This document shows positions 48,419 through 61,676 of a stretch of 64,000 bases of DNA, piece after piece. The position numbers were made by a program, and so were the translations under genes. The stretch spans positions 632,576 through 696,575 of the forward strand of contig MU004236.1 of NCBI GenBank assembly GCA_010405405.1, written 5' to 3'. Each line of letters starts with the position of its first letter. Position 1 is the stretch's first letter. The notes below the pieces were generated by a model, which was not told the DNA's origin, did not search any database, and was given only the letters and a program-made list of their open reading frames with translations. Source of the DNA: Microthyrium microscopicum. Its lineage: Eukaryota.

Positions 48419-50195
48419 TCAAAGTCCCTTGGGCGCCTTAACAAGCTCCCAATTCCGCCCACCACCATCCCGATTCGCCTTTTGCAAATCCGTCAACATC
48501 ACCATCAATCCCCTCTTCCCACAATATCCATCTCCCCTTGCGACCTTTTCCACTTTTTGCCAATGGCCTGCCATTTGCTCTTCTGGCATTGGCCATGATA
48601 ATCCGTTTTCAGCGTCCATGGAGGCATTGCGGTTATGTTCGCCATTTAGCGCACTGTTTTCATAAGTCCATGTTTGTACTGTTACGGTTTCGCGGGGGTT
48701 TTGTGTACGGCGTGGGTTATGTTCCCAGCCGGCGGGGAACCACTCCGCAAACCATTGGAGAGGCGTATATGCACGTTCGAACCGCTGGAACCGCGGCTGC
48801 CAGCGCCAGGTGCTAAGATCGTAGGCGACGCGGATATATGGATTGACAAACATTTTCGGAGAGTCCGGGGTGCGGGCGAGGAGATCAGCGTTCAAAAGGC
48901 AGCATTCGGAGGCGTCCCAGAAAATTTCTGGTTCATGGCGGAAACGTAGTGGCTGCTCTATCTGCGTTGTATTTGGCATTGTGTTTTGCGTAAGAATGGA
49001 TGGTGGGTGTGCGTCAACGATGGCGCGCTGGAGGAATGGTGTAGCTTCGTAGGCTGCCATTCCACTCCAGCAGCTACGGACGGGGACAGTGTCAGATTGG
49101 GCGAGGACGGCGTCGCGAGATGTTGCGCTGCCGCGGGCGGTGAAGAAGGGGTAGAGAGAGGTGCTGATTTCGTAGCCGTCTGTGTCGCGGATGACGAAAC
49201 TATCGTATAGCGTGCCGCCGCGTAGAAAGTCGAGAGCGCAGGCGCCTTGGTATTCGGCGATGCCGGTGGTGGGATTCTGGTTGGTGGAGAAGAGGAGGTT
49301 GAGAGCGTCTTCGGGGTTGAAGTATATGTCGTTTATGAAGAGGACGCGGTCGAAGCGTGTGCTGGTGTAGTTGACTGAAGGTGTATGACCGGATTCTAGG
49401 ACTGGTGGATTATCTAGGGGAACTAGAAGTCGGTTTCTGACTTCGGCTAGGTAGGTGAGTCGTTGGACTCGTGGTTCGCCTTTTGGTATTATGACGGTTG
49501 GGAAGTCTGATAGAGGAAGATGGTCGCCAGTCACGATTGAATGCTCGCCTGGTACATGTTAGTATCCGGTCATATATATCAATTTGCAACTTACAGTTCA
49601 ATTGTTGCTGGAACCACTGTAGAGCTTGTACAGTCTCTGGACCACTGTCGTTTTCATATATGCTCACAAAAACATTATCTGGTCCCAACATATCGATAAG
49701 TTCCAGTACTGATGCACCCCATGGTCCCCGAATCAGCTCATGTTGTATTATATTAGATGCAATGAAAACTTTCTCTCCTCGTGGATTGCCCCTTCCTGGT
49801 ATATTCGAGCTTGTAGCCAAAGCAGCCAGCTCTTGATAGCGTTGCGGAAAATTGGAGTATGATGGTCGTAGAACGCCATTGCCAAGCACCCAAAGCAGGC
49901 ATATTATGAATCCTAGTACTACAAGATTGAATATGCAAGAAAATATCCTCAGCTTTTTGCTCTTCGTCTTGCGTCGTTTCCAAATTCCAAGGGGCGAATA
50001 TGTAAGATTCGAAAGAAATCGTCCGAACCGAGACTTTGGAGATCTATGTGGCTTTTCGTAGAAGTAGGATTCCGGGACATCGTCGTGATAGTCGCTGAAG
50101 GATTCGGAGGAAGAGATTCGTGAGTCTTCAGAAGATATACGAGCAAGTAGGTGGGTATTGGCCTCTTCCATGCCGAGACTTCTGTGTGTGTCCAT
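48419..50195 (-). CDS. CAP59/CMT1-family (GT69) alpha-1,3-mannosyltransferase
   Basis: Type II TM; KVFIASNI, VFVSIYENDS, YLAEVRNRLLVPL, FDRVLFINDIYF, ACALDF, YDSFVIRD, VRSCWSG, SECCLLNAD; intron 49549-49594. Confidence 0.92.
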
Positions 50196-52048
50196 GTTGT
50201 TGAATGTTGAAGAGGAATGTGTAAAGAATAGAGGATGACAGGCGCAATTGGCACAGGGCCAAGGCCAGTTATGGTAAGGACGAAAGAAGAGAAACAAAGG
50301 GATCAGGTAAACGTTCTCAACAATCGAGGTGTTTGTTCATGGTCAATGGAACGGCAGTAGTATGGAACAATACAAGCATCAGAGAGGGCACAATTATGCT
50401 CTGACCATTGGATGAGCAGGGCAGGAAGTCTAAAGCGGGAAGCGGATCGGGGTGAGGATTGTGAAGATTAATTGAGAATCGAAGTAATGGGATAAAAATG
50501 ATTTAGGCGAAGGAATAGAATAAGAGTAGAAGCTAGAAGCGTCAAGAAAGAAGAAGCTGAAAATGGAGATCAGTGGTGATGGTAGGACAAAGAGCCGTTT
50601 TCATGGATTTGAAGGAGGCGGCGCATGTGCATTATGGGCTTGTGGGCTGAGACTCTCAGACTGAATACCAGTTGGGAGGCACTGAAAGCGGCACCCTAAT
50701 AGGCTAATAGTAGTAGACGAATCGAAGGAACAAAAGCTCTGACGCAACAAGTCTTCCAACCATCCAGCTTCCAAGGATTTTCTAGAAGCGCTTTAGCTGT
50801 ACCATCGGCACTTTGTTTGCGCGGCACATGCGTGCTAGACTATGTCGAAACGTGTTGGTATTTTCTCCTTGCCCCAACTCACTGGTGGTTGCCCATTGTT
50901 TGATTCGGTATCGTATATCATTCGTATATCATCTTGGTAGGAAAGACTGACTCTTGTGGGATTCAAGATGGGATTTGACCGAGGTCAATATACGAGGATC
51001 TAGAATCCCACAGTACAGAGAGTGAAGGATGTTGGGGACGTGTGGTTAAACAAAATGAGTGCTAAGCTTTTACGGATGCAAGCCTCAAAGCGAATGGCGC
51101 AGGGGTAATTTCTCCTCCTCCTAATTTACTCGTTGTACAAAACCGCCTGGAGAATCAGCTCCCTCAGCCCCAGCCTAATTTTACCTTTATAGATCGCAGT
51201 TACAACTGCAAACTTGACCGTTTTCTTGACTCGAGAAGAACATACTCCGCATTACAGGATTCTGATCGCGAGTACCGAATATTGCCGCGAATGCTGACGT
51301 GGTTGTCCATGATCATGACGTTGAATCTTTGCCCTTTCCAGATCTGGGAGCCGTTAAATCTGCAGAATCTTGCGTCGATCCAATCATCTGCTGGCTATCT
51401 GTAAAAGCCTTGCTTTTTAGAGCCTCAGTGCCAGTGGCGCAAGGTTTGCTGGGCATTTGACACATCAATTGCTACATGGCATTTCATTTGTCGATACTTG
51501 ATAAAGTTTATATCCAGCTTTTCAATAAGGAGGCAGAAGACACTTTCTTCATCTCGTTGATCATGATCTGTTACCCAGAAAACGCACACCGAGGAGCAAG
51601 ACGTCTCCCATTTTGATCCACAAAGAAAATCTACTTTAATTCCCAGCGCATTCGATGGGAAACGGAGTGATGATGATCTGAGTGCGAATCTAAGCACCTG
51701 GTAATACAGTGCAGCGAATGGCATTATTACTACACGTTATGCAGAACCAGTCTGCCATTTATTTTGATTGGGCCCGTTGGCATCTACTGTAGGTAATTGA
51801 TACAATCTCGATGAGAACCACCTGGGCAACTTCCATCTCAAAGATGAGACAACATCCCCAGCCCATAACCATACATACCCACCCCCGCCAACTTAACCCC
51901 GCGCCCGCCTTACAAGCCAATATCAAACAGTCAATCAATACGAGAATCCCACACGATCCAACAGGATCAACTAACCTTGAAATTCCACAGCCTACCGTGA
52001 CACACTCAAACACTCCAGCAGCCTACACGAAGTAATCCATCCGCAATA

Positions 52049-52513
52049 ATGGCAGGCAACAAGAACAAAACCGCCCCCGCCAAGAAAGACACCAAAGACA
52101 CCACCAAAACCAAAGACACGAAAGAAAAGTCCAAAGCGACAAAAGGCGATAAAAGCGACACAAAACTCAAGCCCGCAACCGCCATAAACGTCCGCCATAT
52201 CCTCTGCGAAAAGCACTCCAAGAAAGAAGAAGCGTTGAAAAAACTCCAAGAAGGCGATAAATTCGACGAAGTAGCAAGGGAGTTTTCAGAGGACAAAGCA
52301 CGACAAGGTAGAGTACCTTAAAATAGTTGGACGAATGATATTTACTGACGCGACAAAGGCGGTTCATTAGGATGGAAGACACGCGGCTCCTTGATGGCGG
52401 AGTTCGAAGAAGTTGCATATACACTCGAGCCATCAACAACGGGGAATCCCAAATGGGGCGAAGTCAAGACCAAGGAAGGTTATCACATTCTTATGGTTGA
52501 AGGAAGACGGTAG
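52049..52513 (+). CDS. PIN4: Parvulin-type peptidyl-prolyl isomerase (Par14)
   Basis: Lys-rich N-terminus, [58 protein letters not shown]. Confidence 0.95.
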
Positions 52514-52980
52514 CCTGGAAAAGGACAAGGATAGTAGTTGTTGAAAGAATAGGACATGGCGCAATTGAGTTTACGAGCTTCGTGAAGCACTACTACTAGA
52601 GAGGTATAATATGTACATGAACAAGGGAAAAAACAAAACAAAACAACCTAGAGTAAGGATTCGCAAAGCTCATAACACCCCCATCACATTTACGAGCCAA
52701 CGACTAGCTATCCATAATGCTGCAGATGACAACTAAAAACACCGCTGCTAGCATGTTGCCAGTTCGTAAAGGGCCCTCGTGGGCACTCAAATCCATCGAT
52801 AACAATAGACATGCGTTCACATTCCTGCTGCCTCTTTTCCAATTCCTGCTCAACGATCCAGCTCACATCTTTTGAAGGGTGTGAGTCATGTGAATCGTCC
52901 GCCTGGGTACACATCCAACTACAATGTAGGCGTGTATGATTGCGTTGCTAAGTGTTCATCCTCTGTAAGGCTCGTTCTCG

Positions 52981-55818
52981 CTAAGATGCATGTCGCTCCG
53001 TCTTTGCACGTCGAGGACCACCCTTCAAGCTCTTGACGCGGTTCAAAAAGCCGCCAGCAGGTTTCTGCTCTGGTGAGCTATTGTCTGCTGTCACACGTCG
53101 CTCGAGAATTCCGCGCTTAGGGGACTTGGGAGAGCTCAGTGACCGCTCACGACCGCCATTCTTCTCCAATCCTGCTTCAGCAATCTTGATAGAGGCGCCC
53201 TTCTTCTCATATGCATCATCATGGTGGCTTTCAAATGGGTTATTTTCGGCATTGCGTGATGTTGCTGGGCGAGGTGCCTCTGGGCTTTGCATGGGACTTC
53301 CAACTGGACCATCTGCCAAAGAAATACCGGCTGATCGATCTTGGAAGCGACCTTTGTCAAAGTTTGACTTGGAGTACTGCGGTGGTGGTTCATTATATCG
53401 GCCCTTGCTTTGAGACATTCCCCGAAATCGCATCGCAAGAGACTTTTTGCGCGTAAGGTCGCCAAAGGTTGTAGTTTGCTCAGACTGAGTCCGTTGAATG
53501 GCCTGGCGAGAAGCAGGAGCTCCTTCCAAGAAAGTAGAAGTTCCAAGACCCAAACTCTCTTCCCCATGAACTGGTTCCACTCTATTAACGGGGTTCACCA
53601 GGGCCGTCTTCATTGCAGGGAATGGTTTAGCGGCTGATTGAGAATAATCGTTGAAGCCTTCAGCAGTGGAAAGCCCGTGCACTTGCACCAGGTGGGTACC
53701 ATTATTGATGGGACCGGAGCCTCCAATGGTTTGGTTCGCAGAATTAGTAGGAAACGCGCCCATGGGAGCAAAAGTATCCTTCTTTCGGTTCCGATGCGGC
53801 TGGCAAGCGTCGAATGGGCCGTCGTGATGCCACACTAAATACATCAGTCTTGTTCAAATCCATAGAGTTGGGAAACTTACTTGAACCTGTACCATACAGT
53901 CCTCCCGTTACGTCAAGTTTGTCTACAACATCGACATGGACGTTTTTACGACGGCGCGAAGAAGCAGAGTGGCCAATTTCCTTATCTCCGACCTTGCTCG
54001 TGCGGTTCTGCTCACGTTCTCGGTGCCTAGCCTCACGTTCACGCTTGCGCCGTTCCTTAGCTTCCCACTCTTCCTTGGTCATCAAGGGCTTTTCCATTGT
54101 GGAAGATTCAGAATTTCGTCTACGTCGGTCTTTGGTAGGGCTATCTCGTCGTCCACTCGGTTTGATTGGGATTCTCAGGCCATTCGGGCCTTTTTTGTAT
54201 TGTGGTTGGTCTTCGGAGCGGTTTGGACGGTGATGGGCGCGATCTCGGGAGGAGCCAGGGCCTCGGCGGGAGGAGTCGTCCTTGCGCTGCATGCTCGAAG
54301 CTGCTGAAAATTCGTTAGCTGTTGTCGAGTATTTTCGGAGGACAACTTACAATCTATTGGAGTATCTGTGACCGTCAAGCGTTTCTGTTGTGAGTATATG
54401 TTAGAAGGCGAGCAAAGTTTAGAGAGTGCATGATTGGAGTTGTGGCGGTTGGGGCATGTTTACAAAAGCACGGCTAGATCACCGCCTTCCTATTCAAGTG
54501 AATGGCGTCATGATGGCAGTCGCGTGTCGCAAGCAATTGTTTATGTGAAATGGCGAGAATAACTTACAAAGAGTTCTTTGGCATCGTCTCCGATCAATGG
54601 AGATGATGTTGTTGCTTTTGGCTGCACTTCCATTGTATCTATGAGAGGTGATTTGTTGCCTAGATCTTGCTCAAAGGATGCAAGAAAGGGATTTGTAGCG
54701 GTCTGTCGGACGGGTGCGCTCTGGGGAGCCGATTGAGGAGATAAGGCAGGCGAGCCAGTTCGGGGATTCAAGAATGGGTTGTTGGAGTTGAGATTGATTG
54801 TGAGTCCTGGATTGGCCTTCTGGGGCTCTGTTGATAAAATACTCAGTCAGTGACAAGCTAGAGGCTGGTAGGTTGGCAGACGCCCGATCAACAATTCTGA
54901 AACAGTAGAGTGTGTAATGAGGGCAGGAGTTGGCAGACTGGGAAGATAGTGCGGGAAATTGGGTTTTAGGAGTAGAAAGACAAGAGGGACAAGACAAAAT
55001 AGCGGGAATCATTAAAAGGTTATTTGACGCACCTCCAGTAGAGCTTGTTGGATTCACAAGCATGGTTAGTGATTGCAGTGTGCTATCACCCCTGTGGAAG
55101 ATTTGGTGGCAGTGATGATAAGAGTAGGCGGGTCGTGGACACTAAATCCTGAAGGTAGTTTGCTGTCTGCAAGCCGTCGTCACTGGCGATCAGGAATGCA
55201 TGCGACAAAGCCAGGCTTGTATGTGAGTGGTGTTAAGGCGAGCACGCAGGATGGATGTGAACCGTGGGATGCGTCTGATTGTCGGACTGCAACAGGCGCA
55301 GTATATATTTCGCGGTGTATATAGGACGGCTCAGGTCGCCACAGCAGATGGCGAGCAGATTGCTAGCTAGAAAGCTAGAACAGGCAATAGTACTGGCCCC
55401 TCGCTGGAAGAAGTTTGTCCCTGGCCTTTACCCCTAGTCGTGGATTTGTAACCTTGGCGGCGGTGTTGTGGACTGGATTGTAATGGGTTAAGTCTGCAGA
55501 GGAAGAACTGTTTGAGCAAAATGGGTTGAAATGGGTTGAGGAATTGAAGGTCTGGAGAGTCTTTTTGGGGATGAGGGAGATGGTAATGAAGAGGGAAGAA
55601 GTAGATTTGTAGAAAGGAGATGGAAAAGAAGGTCTGGTCAGTTGAGTTGGTGGACGAGGGAAGGCGGTGGTGGTGTGAATTCTGCACTTCCCAAATTTGA
55701 GCCAAGGTTCCAAGATCAAGTTGTACCGGGACAACCAACAGATTTCGAACAATTGACGAACTAACAAAGGCTTGTGATCAAGCGTGGCGTGAGCCGCAAA
55801 GATCGACTTCGGTAGCAT
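52981..55818 (-). CDS. PAL1: Pal1-family cell morphology/endocytosis protein (5' exons tentative)
   Basis: NPF motifs (LNSNNPF, TNPF), DVVDKLDVTGGLYGTG, HHDGPFDACQPHRN, APMGAFP, VHGEESLGLGTSTFLEGAPASR. Exons are secure from 54827 downward; exons 55766-55818 and 55033-55043 are inferred from phase-compatible splice signals. Confidence 0.85.
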
Positions 55819-56642
55819 GCAATTTAGGGAGCCAAAAAAAGGGTCTTGGCCTAGAGTAGAGTAAAGAAGTCGCTATACCGCTTAAGACCTTGAACCCCTT
55901 TCCAGTACGGAGTACGGTACGAACTTTGATACTGCTATCACCTGTGGACCTTGGTTGGTTATGCGAAGACACTGTTCCCTGCTATCGGACAAGATTTTGG
56001 CTCGGTTGGCATCAGAGTGAAAACTACGGCCAGGGTCTCGCGAAGAAGAAGAAAAGATGGATACAGTACTGGACAGCGGATTGTCATAAAATTCTCTCCA
56101 CATTCTGGCGTTATTTTCGAGGGTGGCCAATGCGTCCCCGCGTTACCACCTGCCTTGTCGCGCTAGAGACTCACCATCAACTCAGAGCGTGAGAGTTCTT
56201 CGTGACCTTCAACCTCCCATGCACCTTCACTTCACCTCGAAGCCTGAGGCTTGAGGTTCATAGAGTACTTCGCACCAACTCGGAACCCTCTCTTGCTGGT
56301 GCAGCAGATACTCACGCTCATTACAATTCTAACTAAACCCATCCAGCCGCGTTGCCATTGACGGACACTGCTGAGAGCCTCCGTTGATTGCCCTCAAAGT
56401 CGCATATCCAGCAACCTTGCAATTTCAATTTGGCAAACCATTACAATACGAGGAATTCTACTTGCCATCAGATTACCACAGGCACTTCAAAGCCTAGGCT
56501 CGCCTCTACCTGCAGCAAATCGTGCCATATATCGGTCCAGCGCCCTGCTGGCTAAATCTATATATCTCAAGTTTGAGATATATCAACTCAGGAGCGCTTA
56601 CCGTTCACACCTTGGTTCAGGCACTACTTTGGCCCTTTCATC

Positions 56643-57211
56643 ATGGCAGACAATTCATCCAACCAACAATCTGAGCCTGAGGTACCCGTGACCCAAAAGC
56701 CTGAACCCAAGTACGGTAGCAAGGATCCATCCCAAGGTTCAACACGCTTTGAATTAGAGCTTGAGGTAGGTTCTTAAATTATTCCAGGTACAATCTTACA
56801 TGCAGGGAAATCTCCGCACGTCACTGTATTTATCTACGCATCGGCCTGCATATGAACCTATCACAACCAATGAGGCTGACATCTATCTAGTTTGTTCAAT
56901 GCTTGGGAAATGGCTGGTACCTGAATCACTTGGCCGGACAAAAGCTTTTGGAAAAGCCAGATTTTGTTCGATACATTGACTACCTGCAGTATTGGAAGCA
57001 GCCTGAGTATGCTTGCTACTTGTCGTAAGTACCTGCTCTTGTTCCCTGCATCAATTGTAGATCGAAAACTGAGTGACATCTGATTAGATATCCTGGTCCT
57101 AGTCTGAAGGCATTGGAGCTTCTGCAACAAGAAAAATTCAGACAGGATATTCTCAAGCCTGATGTTCTTGAGAGTTTCGTCACTCAAATGGCCAATGCTG
57201 GCAAAGAATGA
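56643..57211 (+). CDS. SOH1: Mediator subunit 31
   Basis: Not in ORF track. Exons 56643-56765, 56891-57024, 57088-57211 give TRFELELE|FVQCLGN..YLNHLA..YLQYWKQPEYACYLS|YPGPSLKALELLQQEKFR. Confidence 0.95.
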
Positions 57212-57501
57212 TGATGCTATGGAACGTTGATCTTCCGATCTCTCTAGCCATACCCGAATGAAGGCAAATTGAGCGATATAAAATGCTCAGACCCTAGCCT
57301 GACGTCAAAAGGGGGACCATGGCTGTCATGCGTTATGCACACAACACGTTGGCAGAGTAAGATCTGATCGCTAGGCGGAATGCCGATCCATAGCCATGAG
57401 ATTCGCAATATATCAATTGCATAGCTAATGATCCGAAACAAGAGCATTGGGTATCATAGTGCCAGTAGTTAAACAACAAACAAATAAACCAGGCCTACTC
57501 T

Positions 57502-58333
57502 TTACTCAAAGAAGCCACCATCAGACTCATCGTCATCAACCTCCATCTCGTCTCCCTCCTTACCATCTTTCTTGACTTTTCCATGATCCTTTGACGCGAC
57601 AGTAGCCTCCACTGGTCTAGTTATGGTCAACTCATTCTTCAGTCTATCCAACGTGCCATTCTCCATAGCTTTCTCAACCCGTCTCCACATGTCCGCATCG
57701 CCCTTCGCTGGCCTCGCATCGTCCTCAGCTGAGCCTCCCTGTCTGTACATCCCCACATACTTCCACTCATACGGAGAACTCTGCGTATAATGCCGATCCA
57801 CATCCGCAATATGCAACGCTTCTTTCGCCCTCACCTTCTCCTCCTCCGTTTCCGCCCCCTCAACCGCCTTCCTCGCCTTCTTCAACCGTCGATTTGCCTT
57901 TTGTGATTCTACACACCACACACCAAAGATTAGCACATGTCCCCAAAACTCAAAACCTTTATACCCCCCCTCTCCCCTTCCATAGAACGTAAAACATACC
58001 AAAAAACTTAACCATCTTATACCTCTTCATATTCCCAATCCTCTTCTTCTCCGCCACCCGAACCGCCTCCTCGCGCTGCCGATCTACAAGTTCGCGCTCA
58101 TATTCCTGGCGCTTGTCAGCCTGTAGACGCAAGGGGCGGCGATTTGGCGCTTGCGGGTCGGGGTGTGCGGCGGAGGTGTCGGCGGCGAGACTGCGTTGGA
58201 TGTTGCGCAGGCGCGATTGGCGTTTGCGGGAGGGTTCGTGGGTGTCGAGGTCGGGGAGTTTGGTGGGGTGGGTGGGTTTTGCGTAGGGGTGGTAGATTGT
58301 TTCGTGGGTTTGGGTTTGGGTTGGGGGTGGCAT
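57502..58333 (-). CDS. EFG1: rRNA-processing protein Efg1
   Basis: RLRNIQRSL, YKMVKFF|ESQKANRRLKK, LHIADVDRHY, MWRRVEKAMENGTLDRL, DDESDGGFFE*; intron 57909-57999. Confidence 0.85.
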
Positions 58334-59269
58334 GGTTGTGTTGGTGTTGAAAAGGGAGTTTATGGTGGGTGATTAGGAGGTTTGGAGGGAGTGGTGTGGG
58401 CGTGATGGAGGAGGAGATTTTGTAGGTGTGGTGGTGGTGGATTGAAGTTTGAAGTTTTACTGAAAATTGTTGCAGGGGTGCGAGATCGAGGCTCTGCCCC
58501 ACAGCAACAGCCTTTCAACTGTTCTTCAAAGATTTTAGCCAATTCTGGTGGGCAAAGTCGTAAAAGTGTTAGCCAATTTTCAATTTTACAAATACTATCA
58601 TGTTGATGATGCCTGCAGGTCGTTACGGTGTTCTTTCATAATTAATTGGAGTAGTTCACGAGGCGCTGTTAGTTACTGCTAAGAGAAGTATCATTTTCCA
58701 TCGCGCCTGGGATTAGATTATCACAACTGAGAAAGCACATGAACAAAGAGGAGAAGGTAGGAAGCAATCGTAGTATTCTCACTGTATGCCAATATCAAAA
58801 TGAATAAGGAAAAAGGATGTAAAGCTCAGCCTCACATATGGCTCAGTATGTGAACACGGTTACAATTGACGGAAATAGTCGGCCACCACTTCACTTGCGG
58901 AATATGGGATTTGGTCAAAAGACGCTAGAGGTGACTGAGATTTAAAGATAGTATCGAAGGTGTAGGGAACGAATTAAAGGAGTGAGACAAGCTTCTAGAC
59001 ACTTGTGATATTGACCGCTTATTCCGTGGTTGGATCCATCTTATGGTCGTACCGAGGAGTCCATTCCGCTCTAGCAGGGATCTCTCCTAGCGCCTTCCAA
59101 AAAATAAAGTGCAGTCTCCAAAAAAAAATTGGTGATAAGCCGCCATCCGCTGTCCAGACTCTTTCCTCTACCTTTATACCACTTGTCGCTTTTCATACTC
59201 TTCTTAATTCTCTCATAATATCTACCTCATGTCCCCAAAGTCATCATTAATATTCCCCCGCTTGTTACA

Positions 59270-60957
59270 ATGCCGAGACTCGATCCTTCGGGCACCATGC
59301 TCTTTCAGCTGCCGCTCGAGCTTACCTTGATGATCTTTGAGGAACTGGCGCGTTCCGAGAAGATCAACTTTTTGATGAAAGCGCGCGCAACAAGCAGTAA
59401 GCCCCATTTGATCAGTATCCGACCGTCTCACCTAGACTAACACCTTAAATAGAACGATTTAGTACCGAGATTGTCGCCGCCATCTGCTCGACCGAAATCA
59501 TCCTTACCCGATTCTGCCCCTATCTGAACAAGCCGCCTCAACTCTGCGACACTTTACTAGACGGCCATATCAAGAAATTGTTTCATCCCAGACATCGAGA
59601 TCATCGATATACCAAAGCCATATTCAATACTGTAGCGGGTGTCATTGAGCTTCACCCTAAACTGGCTGGCCAGCAAAGGGAAATAACGGCCCGGCTATTC
59701 CGTACAAGCATTCGATGTAAAGATCAGTTTCTGCTTCAATTTGCTCCCGACACACTCTTAGAAGATTTACCTGAGAAGTATCAATTAGCGGCTTCCTGGA
59801 ACCTTCAGTCCTCCGTCGCGTGGGCGTGTGCATGTTTGGGTCTGACAGATGACCTACGTGGCATTTCTCAAAAAGCGCTCGAGGCTTTAGTTCTCGCCGT
59901 ATGGAAAAAGTCTGAAGAGGACAAAGGCCCTATCCCTGATCAGAGCTACCATAAAGCCTTATGGGATAGAATATGCCAGGAATCGAATCCAGTGACGCCT
60001 CTTCCAGCCACGCCTCTCCCTTCGACGATGGTGAGAAGTCACCCCGGAGCAATAGATGCCAGCTTCTTCGGCGGTTTGCTTGCCGCGGCCGTCTATAACG
60101 GACATATCTCAACAGCGAAATATCTGATGACCGAACAATGTTTTGGAGCAGACCTCGAACAAGGGGCCAATCCTTTTAAGATTGCGGCTCAAAAAGGAGA
60201 TCTCCCGGCTCTCCGTATGCTGGTTGACAATTGGCCATCTGACACCATAGACTGCTCGAGCAAATGTATTGGTGGACTGCAACATGGCATCAGACATGGA
60301 GACGAAAAACTCATCAACTACTATCTAGCCCATGTGAAGATGCACCTCAATGAAGTTCAGGGGCGGATGACCACTGAGGATGGCCAAAGCCGACCAGCAA
60401 AGAGAATGCTCAAAGACATTATGTCCGCCATCATATCAAACCGACGGGTAGACCTAGTTCGCCAAATTCCACTGCCTGAGGTCGACCACCAGACCTTGAA
60501 CGTAATTCTGGGACTCGCTGTACACTTCGAATCCTCCGACATATTTGATGTACTTTGCTCCACGCCGGGAGCTTCAAAACTCATGGTCTCTTGTCCCGAC
60601 AAAATCAGCATTATACTCCAAGGCCTCTTGCATAAGGCGGCGTTTCGAGGCAACTTGGATGTAGTACGCAGCCTGCTTGATGCCAGTGCCAAGGTCGATA
60701 TTCCGTCCTCACAGGATCCGGATGCTTATCAGTCTATGGGGCCCATTATGGAAGCAGTTGTTATGGACAACTACGAAGTACTCAGACTACTTGTGGAGCA
60801 TAGACCGCGTCCACTTTGGGATTCACCGTATGCTTTGCGCATTGCATATCTTGAAGCTAGAAAGCGTGGAGATGTTCGCGCTCAAGCTCTTCTCGCAGAG
60901 AATGGAGCACCAGTTCCTCATCCTCACCGCTCGAGCTGTCGGTTGATGGCATATTAA
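59270..60957 (+). CDS. F-box-like N-terminus + degenerate ankyrin-repeat protein
   Basis: Exon 1 plus intron 59397-59452 give LFQLPLELTLMIFEEL..KARATS|KRF. Ankyrin-like motifs LAAAVYNGH, PFKIAAQKGD, LLHKAAFRGNLDVVRSLLDASA. Confidence 0.75.
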
Positions 60958-60975
60958 TGTGTTGGACTTCAAAAT

Positions 60976-61023
60976 GATTTGGATATCGATTTGAATATCG
61001 ATTTGGCTATCGGTTTGGGATTA
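60976..61023. repeat. Degenerate 12-bp tandem repeat (GATTTGGATATC x~4)
   Basis: gatttggatatc gatttgaatatc gatttggctatc ggtttgggatta, just after the ankyrin gene stop codon. Confidence 0.6.
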
Positions 61024-61676
61024 AGCAAAACAAAAGGATTCGGTTCGCAAGCATTGAGCGAATTATTGGCAGCAACATAAAAGTTCATGCGCCGGATAGA
61101 GCAATAGACTTTAGACTATAGAGGGTTAGATCATAGATCCGTACAAGACTTAGACTTTTCATTATAGAGAATTATTCAATCCATTACGATACGTTCCATA
61201 TCTTTGCTGATGTTCATTTGCATGCTTTTCCAATGGTGAAACAACCAGATCCAATTTCGTGAGTATGATCACATATTATCGCAGCCCTTGTGATGATTTG
61301 CCTCCCCAACTGTCGTTTTATAGCACAAAACTGGCCAAGACTTCATCAATTGGGCACCCAAGCACCATCAGGCTGTAGACCTGTTGTTGGCCAATCAAGA
61401 ACGACACCTACCAGCCTTCTTGGCATTTTCAACCACAACCGCACAGACCGCGATGGGTACTTGGGACTTGACCATCACCATCACAAAATCACATTTGGTG
61501 ATCGATCAATAGTTTCCATCTATCTCAAGAAACCTCGGTGTTCACGACTTCGCCTCTGATCCCGTTTCAACTGGGAGTGGTTTTGGAAGATTTCGCGATG
61601 AACGACAGGTGACGGTGAGGCTGCGGGAACCACTCAGGACTCTACTCCGAGCACCAGCTCAGAGTATTTCGCCAAT

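Noticed and set aside
61233..61380. Possible spliced uORF or box C/D snoRNA upstream of SEA4 (GTGATGA at 61290)
   Set aside because: No convincing branch site, box D, terminal stem or rRNA guide was identified.
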